Below are positions 1 to 8,059 of a DNA stretch of 38,260 nt, in pieces (within the stretch, counting starts at the first letter, position 1; each line of letters starts with the position of its first letter). The notes under the pieces were generated by a model. It searched no databases and was not told where the DNA came from. It saw only the letters and a list, made by a program, of their open reading frames with translations. Source of the DNA: Acidimicrobiia bacterium (GTDB lineage Bacteria; Actinomycetota; Acidimicrobiia; IMCC26256; PALSA-610); contig DATBAK010000054.1 of assembly GCA_036271555.1 (NCBI GenBank), positions 1-38,260 of the forward strand. Direction: 5' to 3'. A program made the position numbers and the translations under genes.

Positions 1-108
1 GTGCTGCCGTTACACCACCCCCGACCCCGGGTGACGTTACCGCCGCGCGCGGGCCATCCTGCGCGGTTTGGCCGGGTCCGCCGGCGCCGAGTACGGTCAG
101 CCCTTGCT

Positions 109-210
109 ATGGGCTCCCTGATCAAGAAGCGCCGCAAGCGCATGCGCAAGAAGAAGCACAAGAAGCTTCTCAAGAAGACGCGCTGGCAGCGGCGTCAGCA
201 GGGCAAGTAG
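109..210 (+). CDS. 30S ribosomal protein bS22 (33 aa small basic protein)
   Basis: ATG at 109; peptide MGSLIKKRRKRMRKKKHKKLLKKTRWQRRQQGK matches the actinobacterial bS22 family (Lys/Arg-rich 33-mer). The ORF-track 1..210 ORF is an upstream read-through extension of this gene. Confidence 0.8.
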   Translation: MGSLIKKRRKRMRKKKHKKLLKKTRWQRRQQGK

Positions 211-221
211 TTCCAGCACGC

Positions 222-350
222 TCTGGTCGCGCTCGCGACGCTCGCTGCTCCGGACGCCTCAGTCGGCGAGCCGAGCAGGCCGCGCAGCGACCCGCTCGTT
301 CCGGCGGGCACGACACAGCTCTGAACGACCGCCCGACGCGGCGGTCGCTT
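222..350 (+). repeat. Dispersed intergenic repeat, type I copy (GGTCGCGCTCGC...CGCTCCGGACGCCTCAG core)
   Basis: ctggtcgcgctcgcgacgctcgctgctccggacgcctcag immediately after bS22 stop; same core recurs at ~9110, 10789, 12072, 19052(-), 21335. Confidence 0.6.
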
Positions 351-363
351 CGTTTTGTCCCCG

Positions 364-1236
364 TCAGGCGTCGAGGCGCTCGACGCCGCTCGACGCGGTG
401 GATCCGGCGACGGTGAGCCGCGCGATGCCGGATTCGGCGACCCGGGCCACCGCGGCCGCGGCGGCGGCGGCGTCCTGGAAGAGCGATGCGCACGCAGAGC
501 CACTCCCCGCGAGCACGGTGGGCGCGCCGGTCGCGACCTCGAGCGCCTCGCGGAACCCCCGCAGGCGGGGCTCGACGTCTTCCGCGGCGGGCTCGAGATC
601 GTTCACGAGGTCGCCGACCCCGTCGACGGTGACGACGCGCTCTGATCTCGGACCGCCGAGCGCGTCCCACGCCCGGAAGACACGGGGCGTTGCGAGCGCG
701 AACGGCGGTACCGCGACCACGACGTGTAGTGCCGGCACATCCGTGCGCTCGACGGTCTCGCCCCGACCCCGCATCGACGCGGCACCGCCGTGCACGCAGA
801 AGGGGACGTCGGATCCGAGGTCGGCGCCGAGCGTCGCGAGCTCGAAGGTCGACAGGTCGAGATCGAGGAGCCGGTCGAGCGCATGCAGCGCCGCCGCGGC
901 GTCGGCCGACCCGCCACCGAGGCCCGCCTCCGCGGGGATGTGCTTGTCCAACTCGATGCGAACGCCGTACGCGCGGTGCGCGTCTCGCGCGCGGTCGAGC
1001 ATCATCCGCGCCGCGCGCACGACGAGGTTGTCGCCGCCGGGTGTGACGCCCTGGGCCGCGGGTCCGGTGAGCACCAGCTCGACGCGGTCCCGCCGCTGCC
1101 CGGCCGTGACCGTGAGTTGATCGTGCGGCTCGGTCACCGACACGACGAGCGCGTCGAGCTCGTGGAATCCGTCGGCGCGGCGACTCAAGACGCGCAGCGA
1201 CAACGTGAGCTTGGAGTTGGCACGCCACCGTGTCAC
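364..1236 (-). CDS. ispE: 4-diphosphocytidyl-2-C-methyl-D-erythritol kinase (IspE)
   Basis: GHMP kinase motif PAEAGLGGGSADAAA; N-terminus KLTLSLRVLSRRADGFHELDAL typical of IspE; GTG start at 1236 overlaps ksgA stop (GTGA). ORF-track 455-aa version has a spurious N-terminal extension. Confidence 0.8.
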   Translation of the reverse strand: MTRWRANSKLTLSLRVLSRRADGFHELDALVVSVTEPHDQLTVTAGQRRDRVELVLTGPAAQGVTPGGDNLVVRAARMMLDRARDAHRAYGVRIELDKHIPAEAGLGGGSADAAAALHALDRLLDLDLSTFELATLGADLGSDVPFCVHGGAASMRGRGETVERTDVPALHVVVAVPPFALATPRVFRAWDALGGPRSERVVTVDGVGDLVNDLEPAAEDVEPRLRGFREALEVATGAPTVLAGSGSACASLFQDAAAAAAAVARVAESGIARLTVAGSTASSGVERLDA

Positions 1237-2075
1237 GCCGCAACCTCGCGTTCTGCGCGGGCGATCGCCGCCCATTCGTCGAGCCCGAGGGTTTCGGCAC
1301 GCGCGCTCGGATCGATGCCTGCGCCCTCGAGCAACGGAACCGTGCGATCGCCGAACGCGACCGCGAGCGCTCGCCGCAACATCTTGCGCCGCGTCGCGAA
1401 GCCTGCGCGCACGATCTCGAACATACGGCCGACGTCGGGTACGTCGACGGGTGCCGATGCGCGCCGTTCCAGGCGCACGAGGGCGGAATCGACCTTTGGT
1501 TTCGGTACGAACACGGTCGGCGGCACCGTACCCGCGACCTCCGCGTGTGCGTAATACGCGACCTTCACCGACACCGCGCCGTACGCCGCGCTTCCCGGTG
1601 TCGCCGCGAGCCGCTCCCCCACCTCGCGCTGCACCATCACGAAGAGCCGTTCGACCATCGGCGCGTCCTCGAGCACGCGCACGACGACCGGCGTCGCGAC
1701 GTTGTACGGAAGGTTCGACACCATCACCCAACGCGACGCGCTCGCGAGCAGCGCGTACCAGTCGATCGTCATCGCGTCGCCCTGCACGACGCGCGCGGCG
1801 CGTCCCGCGAGCACTTCGTCGAGCACCGGCACGAGGTGACGGTCGAGCTCGAGCGCGACGAGCTCGGGCGCGCCGGCGTCGAGGAGCGCGAGCGTCAGCG
1901 ATCCGAGACCGGGTCCGATCTCGACGACCGGCACGCGGGCGTCGACTCCCGCGAGGCGTGCGATGCGGCGCGCGGTGTTCGGATCGGCGAGGAAGTTCTG
2001 CCCGAGGGCGCGCCCCGGGCGCAGGTCGTGACGGTCGAGGAGCGCCTGGATCGACGCGGGCGTGAGCAGGTCCAC
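1233..2075 (-). CDS. rsmA: 16S rRNA (adenine1518/1519-N6)-dimethyltransferase RsmA/KsgA
   Basis: 280-aa ORF with LGQNFL, VVEIGPGLGSLT SAM motif and NLPYN catalytic motif; conserved ksgA-ispE adjacency. Confidence 0.9.
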   Translation of the reverse strand: MDLLTPASIQALLDRHDLRPGRALGQNFLADPNTARRIARLAGVDARVPVVEIGPGLGSLTLALLDAGAPELVALELDRHLVPVLDEVLAGRAARVVQGDAMTIDWYALLASASRWVMVSNLPYNVATPVVVRVLEDAPMVERLFVMVQREVGERLAATPGSAAYGAVSVKVAYYAHAEVAGTVPPTVFVPKPKVDSALVRLERRASAPVDVPDVGRMFEIVRAGFATRRKMLRRALAVAFGDRTVPLLEGAGIDPSARAETLGLDEWAAIARAEREVAA

Positions 2076-2123
2076 CCGCTCAGTCTGGCCGCCGGACGCG
2101 CGCGTACTCGGGTTGACCCGAAC

Positions 2124-2852
2124 CTACGGGTAGCCGCGCCACGGTTCGAGCGGCGGCCAATGGGTGCCACCGGGCGCCCGCCCGACCGCCCAGGCGAGCA
2201 ATTCCGCCGCCGTGTCCTCGACCGTGACGACCCCGCGCACGGGGTCCCCGGCGGACGGCACGACGAACGTGCTCCACCCGGCGTCGCGCGCGACGAGTCG
2301 CACGGCGGTTCCGGCCGGGAGCCGCCACGCCAGCGCGCCGACCTGCCGGCGCAGCTCGTGATCGACGTAGTCGGGATGCCAGATGCTCGCGTCGACGCCG
2401 TCGACGCCGAGGTCGGTTGCGTGCAGCGCAACCTCGCGCCAACGCAGGAACGGAAGGTCGACCGCGGGCCACGGCTCGCCCCACCGCAACGCGTCGCGCG
2501 CCCACGTCGCGTCGTCGACGCGCGCGAACGCCGCGGCCATCGCGTCGTCGGACGCGCGTAGATCGTCGATCAACACGCGCGCGTCTCGCGTCGAGCCGGC
2601 CTCGATGTCGCCCGAACGCTGCGCGGACCCGCCCGGGTACTGCTCCACCGGTTCGCCGCGCAGCACCGCTTCGATCATGCGCGTATGACTGTCGGCATTG
2701 CGCGCGAGATGGGTGAGCACGTGACCCACACTCCATCCCGGCAACAACGAAGGTCGTCGCGCGAGCGCGTCGTCGACACCGTGCGCGTCGAGCGCTCGTA
2801 CGAGTCGTTCGTGAGCCTCACGCGCACCGCGTGCCGCTCGCGCGCCGTCCAT
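2124..2852 (-). CDS. MDMPI/DinB-like (mycothiol-dependent maleylpyruvate isomerase N-terminal domain family) protein
   Basis: ATG at 2852 (codon 101 of ORF 2124..3152); GWSVGHVLTHLARNADS...EAVLRGEP motif typical of TIGR03083-type MDMPI N-domain; upstream part of the ORF is R-rich junk. Confidence 0.6.
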   Translation of the reverse strand: MDGARAARGAREAHERLVRALDAHGVDDALARRPSLLPGWSVGHVLTHLARNADSHTRMIEAVLRGEPVEQYPGGSAQRSGDIEAGSTRDARVLIDDLRASDDAMAAAFARVDDATWARDALRWGEPWPAVDLPFLRWREVALHATDLGVDGVDASIWHPDYVDHELRRQVGALAWRLPAGTAVRLVARDAGWSTFVVPSAGDPVRGVVTVEDTAAELLAWAVGRAPGGTHWPPLEPWRGYP

Positions 2853-2863
2853 GTGCCCGGAGG

Positions 2864-3859
2864 CTACGGCAGCCCCGCGCAGCGACCGTTCCAGTGGCGC
2901 GCGCCCTGCCACTTGTAGAGCGTGAGCGCGAAGTAGTCCTGCACCGCGGGCGGGGCCTCGTCGGGCAGCACGCCGACCCACTCCTCGTGGCCGACGTGGT
3001 CCGCGACCCCGTTCCACGTGACTTGGTCGAACTGGTACGCGCCGCGGTAGCGGCCGCCGTCGCCGATCGCGTGGTACCCGCCGGCGTCGATCGACTCGTA
3101 GCCCTTCGTGCAGATCAAGAACGGATTGTCGGCGATCGAGCCCTTGCCCCACGGCGGGATCGGGACGTGCCGCTCGTCGCGGTCGTCGGGCCGGTGCTCG
3201 GCGGTCAGCCGCGGACCGGCCGTGACCGGCGTGATCCCGCGGGCCCGGTCGTAGGCGGGCCGCGGGCCAGCCCCGGACGGCGGGGCGGCGGCCGCGGCAC
3301 GCACGACCGGCGCGGCCGTCCCGGACACGGCGGCCGGGGCCGCCGCCGAGGCGTGCCCCCCGGGCGCGAGCGCGGTGGCTGCGACCGCCACGAAGGCACT
3401 CGAGAGACCGACCGCGAGCGCGAGTTGGCGACGCCGATACGAGCGCCGCACCGCGCGGCGGTGCTCGACGTAGACGAGGCGGCGATCACCGAGCCGGCGC
3501 ACCACCGGATGCGCGCTCCCGCCGACTTCGACCGCGTAGGCCTCGACGGGGATGTCGAACGGAACGATCGGACGCGGCCGTCGACCCGGACGCGTGCCGT
3601 GGCGCGGCGGAGTCGCGGGATGCAGCGCGTGCGCGCGTCGCGCGGGCGGACGGATGTCGATGCCGTCGCTGCGGCGCGCGTGCACCGGCGCCCAGAGCGG
3701 ATGCAGCACGACCGGCGGCTCGTCGTGAAGCGGCGGCGCGCTCGCGTGCACGCGACTCGGACCGGCGGGGACGATCTCGATGAAGCGGGTGCGCCCGAGC
3801 GCCGCGCGCGTGCCGGGTGAGAGGTGACGACGTCGCGCGCTGCGAACGTCGCCGCGCAC
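2864..3859 (-). CDS. Membrane-anchored Rpf-like (resuscitation-promoting factor family) transglycosylase-domain protein
   Basis: C-terminus CTKGYESIDAGGYHAIGDGGRYRGAYQFDQVTWNGV...WQGARHWNGRCAG resembles Rpf domain (GGVQFDQGTWEANG...WGAWPVC); TM helix LALAVGLSSAFVAVAATALA; high GC3 extends upstream to ~3859 (GTG). Position downstream of tatD matches rpfB synteny. Start uncertain. Confidence 0.55.
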   Translation of the reverse strand: MRGDVRSARRRHLSPGTRAALGRTRFIEIVPAGPSRVHASAPPLHDEPPVVLHPLWAPVHARRSDGIDIRPPARRAHALHPATPPRHGTRPGRRPRPIVPFDIPVEAYAVEVGGSAHPVVRRLGDRRLVYVEHRRAVRRSYRRRQLALAVGLSSAFVAVAATALAPGGHASAAAPAAVSGTAAPVVRAAAAAPPSGAGPRPAYDRARGITPVTAGPRLTAEHRPDDRDERHVPIPPWGKGSIADNPFLICTKGYESIDAGGYHAIGDGGRYRGAYQFDQVTWNGVADHVGHEEWVGVLPDEAPPAVQDYFALTLYKWQGARHWNGRCAGLP

Positions 3860-4046
3860 CGCCGGCTTGACCGGCCGCAAACCCGTGACGGGTCGACGCG
3901 CAACGCTTCGAATGAGACGCCTCCCGGTTGGCTGGCACGACGCGCGACGCGACAGGGCCCTCGGCTCCGCCCGCGGCGTGCGCAAGCTAACGATTCCTGC
4001 CCCGGCCTTCCAATTGCGAACCGCGCAGCGAGCGCGCGCTCGGTGA

Positions 4047-4841
4047 TCAGGCCGACGGAGAGAGCGCGAACACCCTGGTCGCGTTGGCTCTCGTCGCGTC
4101 GGCGACGATCTCGACGGATTCGTCGCGAGCGGCCGCGAGCGCGGCTCCGACGACCGGGACCAGCGCGGGTTCGTTGCGCTTGCCGCGGTGCGGTACCGGC
4201 GCGAGGAACGGCGCGTCGGTCTCGACGAGCAGCGCGTCGCGCGGCACGACGGCCGCGGCTTCGCGCACGTCGCTCGCCGACGCAAACGACACGATGCCGC
4301 TGAACGACAACAGCGCGTCGATCGCGAGCGCGCGGCGCGCTTCGTCGACGCCGCCGGTGAAGCAGTGGAAGATCGTGCGCGCGGGCACACCGCTCTCGGC
4401 GAGCACGCGGAACGTGTCGTCCCACGCGTCACGCGTGTGGATCACCAGCGCGCGATCGAGCTCGTGCGCGAGCGCGATCTGCGCCGCGAACGCGCGCGCC
4501 TGCGCGTCGCGCGGTGAATGCTCGTAGTGCAGATCGAAACCGGCTTCGCCGATCGCGACGACGCGCGCGCTCGAACGCGCGAGCGCGACGAGGTCGTCCC
4601 ACTCTGCATCGAGTCGCGACGCGTCGTGCGGGTGCAGCCCGACGGTCGCGTAGACGTTCGGATGCCGCTCCGCGAGCTCGACCGCGGCGCGCGACGTCGC
4701 CAGGTCGGTGCCCACGCACACGAACGCGGCCACGCCCGCGTCGGCGGCACGCGCGAGGTCGCCTTCGGGGTCGGCGGGCGGGTGGTCGGGACGCTCGGGC
4801 TCCCACTGGAGATGGCAGTGGGAGTCGATCCAGGCGACCAT
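4047..4841 (-). CDS. tatD: TatD family metal-dependent DNase/hydrolase
   Basis: MVAWIDSHCHL N-terminus, GEAGFDLHYE, ETDAPFL motifs; ATG 4841..4839 overlaps metG stop (ATGA). Confidence 0.85.
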   Translation of the reverse strand: MVAWIDSHCHLQWEPERPDHPPADPEGDLARAADAGVAAFVCVGTDLATSRAAVELAERHPNVYATVGLHPHDASRLDAEWDDLVALARSSARVVAIGEAGFDLHYEHSPRDAQARAFAAQIALAHELDRALVIHTRDAWDDTFRVLAESGVPARTIFHCFTGGVDEARRALAIDALLSFSGIVSFASASDVREAAAVVPRDALLVETDAPFLAPVPHRGKRNEPALVPVVGAALAAARDESVEIVADATRANATRVFALSPSA

Positions 4842-6403
4842 CAGGCGTCGGCGCGCTCGATGCGGGGGAAGAGCGGCGCGCCGCGCTCGAGGGGGCTCCC
4901 CACCGGGAGAGAACCCCAGGTCGCGGCGCCTGGGAGCCGCTGATCCTCGGGCCGGCCGGCGAGCCCGAGCCGCCGCCAGAGCTCCGCTGCCGCGTGGGGG
5001 ATCGCCGGCGACGCGAGCAGCGCGACGAGTCGCAGGGCCTCGAGACACGCGCCGATCACCGCCGCGGTCGCCGCGGTATCGCCCGCCTTGTTCGTGGCCC
5101 ACGGTTGGCGGTCCTCGATGTACGCGTTGGTCGCGCCGATCAGATCCCACACCGCGCCGAACGCGGAGGAGAACGCGAGTCGCTCCATCGCGTCGCACTG
5201 CGCGGTGAACGCGGACTCCGCCGCGGCGCGCAGCACCGAGTCGTCGCGCGCGTCGGGCACGACACCGCCGCAGTAGTTCGTCGCCATCGTGAGCACGCGG
5301 TTCGCGAGGTTCCCGAAGTTGTTCGCGAGATCCGCGTTGTAGCGCGCGACCATCGCCTCGTACGAGAAGTCACCGTCGGGACCGAAGCGTTGGTCGGCGA
5401 GGAAGTGGTAGCGCACACCGTCGACGCCGAAGTCGCGCACGAGATCCGCGGGCGCGATCTGGTTCATGCTCGTCTTCGACATCTTCTCGCCGCCGACGAG
5501 CAGCCAGCCGTGCGCGAACACGCACTTCGGCAGTTCGAGCCCCGCGCTCATCAGCATCGCGGGCCAGTACACGGCGTGAAAGCGCAGGATGTCCTTGCCG
5601 ACGAGGTGGTAGTTCGCGGGCCAATAGCGATCGAAACGCTCCGGATCGGTGCCGTAGCCGATCGCGGTGCAGTAGTTGAAGAGCGCGTCGGCCCACACGT
5701 ACGCGACGTGCTTCTCGTCCCACGGCAACGGGACACCCCACGTGATCGACGTGCGGCTCATCGAGAAGTCGCGCAGCCCCGACTTGATGAACCCGAGCAC
5801 CTCGTTACGACGCGTGTCCGGCTGCACCGCCTCGGGATGCTCCTCGTAGTGAGCCAGGAGCCGCTCCTCGAAGCGAGAGAGCTTGAAGAAGTAGTTCTCC
5901 TCGGTGACCCGCTCGACGGGTCGGGCGTGGATCGGACAGAGCCCGTCGACGAGCTCGTCCTCGGTGTAATACGCCTCACAGGAGACGCAATAGAGGCCCT
6001 CGTAGACGCCGAGCTCGACGTCGCCGGCGTCGTACAGCGTCTGCAGGAACTGCTGGACGGCGACGCGATGACGGGGCTCGGTCGTGCGGATGAAGTCGTC
6101 GTATGCGATGTCGAGCAGGTCCCAGGCCTCGCGGAACTGCGCGCTCGTGCGGTCGACCATCTCCTGCGGTGAGATCCCGTTCGCCTCGGCCGCGCGCTGC
6201 AGCTTGAGCCCGTGCTCGTCGGTTCCGGTCAGGTAGACGACGTCGTCGCCCCACAGCCGGCGCCACCGCGTGAGCGCGTCGCCCGACACCGTCGTATACG
6301 CATGACCGATGTGCGGCGCGTCGTTCGGGTAGTAGATCGGAGTCGTGACGTAGAACGGCTCGGGCACGGAAGCACGCCTCGCTCGGCTGGACGGTTCGCC
6401 CAT
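4841..6403 (-). CDS. metG: Methionine--tRNA ligase (MetRS)
   Basis: PFYVTTPIYYPNDAPHIGHAYTTV (HIGH motif), KMSKT motif (GGEKMSKTSMN); start taken at ATG 6403 (MGEPSS...); ORF-track start 6481 also possible. Confidence 0.85.
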   Translation of the reverse strand: MGEPSSRARRASVPEPFYVTTPIYYPNDAPHIGHAYTTVSGDALTRWRRLWGDDVVYLTGTDEHGLKLQRAAEANGISPQEMVDRTSAQFREAWDLLDIAYDDFIRTTEPRHRVAVQQFLQTLYDAGDVELGVYEGLYCVSCEAYYTEDELVDGLCPIHARPVERVTEENYFFKLSRFEERLLAHYEEHPEAVQPDTRRNEVLGFIKSGLRDFSMSRTSITWGVPLPWDEKHVAYVWADALFNYCTAIGYGTDPERFDRYWPANYHLVGKDILRFHAVYWPAMLMSAGLELPKCVFAHGWLLVGGEKMSKTSMNQIAPADLVRDFGVDGVRYHFLADQRFGPDGDFSYEAMVARYNADLANNFGNLANRVLTMATNYCGGVVPDARDDSVLRAAAESAFTAQCDAMERLAFSSAFGAVWDLIGATNAYIEDRQPWATNKAGDTAATAAVIGACLEALRLVALLASPAIPHAAAELWRRLGLAGRPEDQRLPGAATWGSLPVGSPLERGAPLFPRIERADA

Positions 6404-6501
6404 TCTGACCGGTGGGGAGCCCGTTCCCGCGACGAAAACGCTACGCTCCCCGGCCAGTGGGGCGCCCGATCGAGGCGTCACCGGCCCTGTGGGGGGAGTA
6501 C

Positions 6502-6621
6502 ATGAACTCCAGTCAGGCGCAGATCGCGGTCGCGGTCGTTACGCGCCCAACGCTGAACGCTCTGAAGGATCGGAGTGGTCCGAACGCTTCGGATCCGGCG
6601 ACCGTGGTCGAAGCCGCATGA
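6502..6621 (+). CDS. Candidate 39-aa upstream ORF coupled to the AbrB-like gene
   Basis: GGGGGGAG immediately upstream, ATG 6502, MNSSQAQIAVAVVTRPTLNALKDRSGPNASDPATVVEAA, TGA 6619-6621 overlapping ATG 6618 (ATGA). Speculative. Confidence 0.2.
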   Translation: MNSSQAQIAVAVVTRPTLNALKDRSGPNASDPATVVEAA

Positions 6622-6923
6622 ACTCCATCGGCATGACCCGCCGCATCGACGCGCTCGGACGGATCGTGGTCCCGGCCGAGCTCCGCCGCATCCTCGAGAT
6701 CGGGGTCGGTGATCTGCTCGACATCCGTGTCGACGGCGGCCACCTCGTACTCGCCAAGGTCGAACGAACGTGCGTGTTCTGCAGCTCCTCCGACGGGCTC
6801 AGTCCCTATCGCGACAAGCTCGTGTGCGCGGCGTGCGTCGAGATGCTGACGGTCGGCGTCACCGCGAACGGTCAGGACTCGACGTTCACCACCACCGACG
6901 GGAGCTCGACCGCGAGCTCGTAG
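6618..6923 (+). CDS. AbrB/MazE/SpoVT-family DNA-binding protein with C-terminal CxxC...CxxC zinc-ribbon-like tail
   Basis: MNSIGMTRRIDALGRIVVPAELRRILEIGVGDLLDIRVDGGHLVLAKV aligns with AbrB N-domain (MKSTGIVRKVDELGRVVIPIELRR); followed by CVFC...CAAC; divergent from metG. Confidence 0.7.
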   Translation: MNSIGMTRRIDALGRIVVPAELRRILEIGVGDLLDIRVDGGHLVLAKVERTCVFCSSSDGLSPYRDKLVCAACVEMLTVGVTANGQDSTFTTTDGSSTASS

Positions 6924-7729
6924 GCCCGCCGGCGCGCGATGCCGAGCGCACCCGCGACGCTCGCGGCCGCATCCCGACGGCTCGCGCCCGCGGCGAGCGA
7001 GCGCGTCAGCGCGGAACGGATCTCCTCGTCGCCGACCGGCGCAGGTGGGCCCGCGGGCGCGACGAGCACCACGCACTCGCCGCGCAGGTCGCGCGCCGCG
7101 AACTGCTCCGCGAGCTCACCGAGCGTGCCGCGCTGCACCTCCTCGTGCAGCTTCGTGAGCTCGCGTGCGACGACCGCGCGGCGGTCCTCGCCGAGCGCGT
7201 CGCGCAGCTCGGCGAGCGTCGCCGCGACCCTCATCGGTGACTCCAGGAGGATTGTCGTCGCGTGTGCACGTCGGAGCGCGTCGATCCGCTCGGCGCGCGC
7301 CGCACCCTTGCGCGCGAGGAAGCCTTCGAAGACGAACGGCGTCGCCGGCAGGCCCGACACGACGAGCGCGGCGAGCACCGCGCTCGGACCCGGCACGACC
7401 TCGACCGGCAACTCCGCGTCGATGCACGCGCGCACGATTCGCTCGCCGGGATCCGACACTGCGGGCGTACCCGCGTCCGTCACGAGCACGACTCGACTAC
7501 CGGCGCGGATCAACTCGACGATGCGCGCGGATTCGCGCTGCTCGTTGTGCGCGTGCACCGAGCGCAGCCGATTCCCGGCCGGGATGTCGGTGAGGCTCAG
7601 CAGCTTTCGGGTCTGGCGGGTGTCCTCCGCGGCGATGACGTCGGCGCCGCGGAGCTCGTCGGCGGCGCGGGGCGAGAGGTCGCGCAGGTTGCCGATCGGG
7701 GTCGAGACCACGACGAGTGCTCCGGTCAC
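6872..7729 (-). CDS. rsmI: 16S rRNA (cytidine1402-2'-O)-methyltransferase RsmI
   Basis: GALVVVSTPIGNLRDLSPRA...DVIAAEDTRQTRKLL, tetrapyrrole-methylase fold motifs; GTG start at 7729 overlapping DUF192 stop (GTGA); 3' end overlaps the convergent AbrB-like gene by ~50 nt. Confidence 0.85.
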   Translation of the reverse strand: MTGALVVVSTPIGNLRDLSPRAADELRGADVIAAEDTRQTRKLLSLTDIPAGNRLRSVHAHNEQRESARIVELIRAGSRVVLVTDAGTPAVSDPGERIVRACIDAELPVEVVPGPSAVLAALVVSGLPATPFVFEGFLARKGAARAERIDALRRAHATTILLESPMRVAATLAELRDALGEDRRAVVARELTKLHEEVQRGTLGELAEQFAARDLRGECVVLVAPAGPPAPVGDEEIRSALTRSLAAGASRRDAAASVAGALGIARRRAYELAVELPSVVVNVES

Positions 7730-8055
7730 CCGCGAACCTCGATGATGTCGCCGACCTCGAGCTTCCAGCGATCGAACGCGCCGGCGGACGCCTCGATCGC
7801 GAAGTACGCGCGCGGCACCGGCCGCGACAGCCGCCACGGCGCGAGCGTCGTCATGTGCAGGACGAACCCGTCGCGATCGCAGAAGGCGACATCGAGGGGG
7901 AATCGCATCCCGAGCGAGTGCACCTGACGGCACGGTCGCAGCACGATCGCGCCGTCCTGCGCGTCGCGACCGAGCAGACCACGTCGCCGCTGCCGGCGGG
8001 TCACCGCCACCTCGGCCGCGGCCAGCACGTCGTCGCCGCGAACCAGCCAGGCCAT
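7726..8055 (-). CDS. DUF192 (COG1430) domain protein
   Basis: 109 aa; RRRGLLGR...HSLGMRFPLDVAFCDRDGFV...YFAIEASAG pattern of DUF192. Confidence 0.65.
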   Translation of the reverse strand: MAWLVRGDDVLAAAEVAVTRRQRRRGLLGRDAQDGAIVLRPCRQVHSLGMRFPLDVAFCDRDGFVLHMTTLAPWRLSRPVPRAYFAIEASAGAFDRWKLEVGDIIEVRG

Positions 8056-8059
8056 GACG

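Noticed and set aside
1-108. N-terminal extension of ORF 1..210 (MLPLHHPRPRV...)
   Set aside because: Read-through upstream of the genuine bS22 ATG at 109; bS22 proteins are ~33 aa.
1237-1731. 165-codon N-terminal extension of the ispE ORF overlapping ksgA
   Set aside because: R-rich junk; IspE homology begins at KLTLSLRVL just after GTG 1236, which gives the expected ~290 aa and a GTGA junction with ksgA.
3205-4425. 406-aa minus ORF and other R-rich frames (3486..3938, 3824..4303) in the 3500-4046 region
   Set aside because: Arginine-rich artefact frames; the only frame with protein-like content here is the Rpf-like gene frame (2864..~3859).
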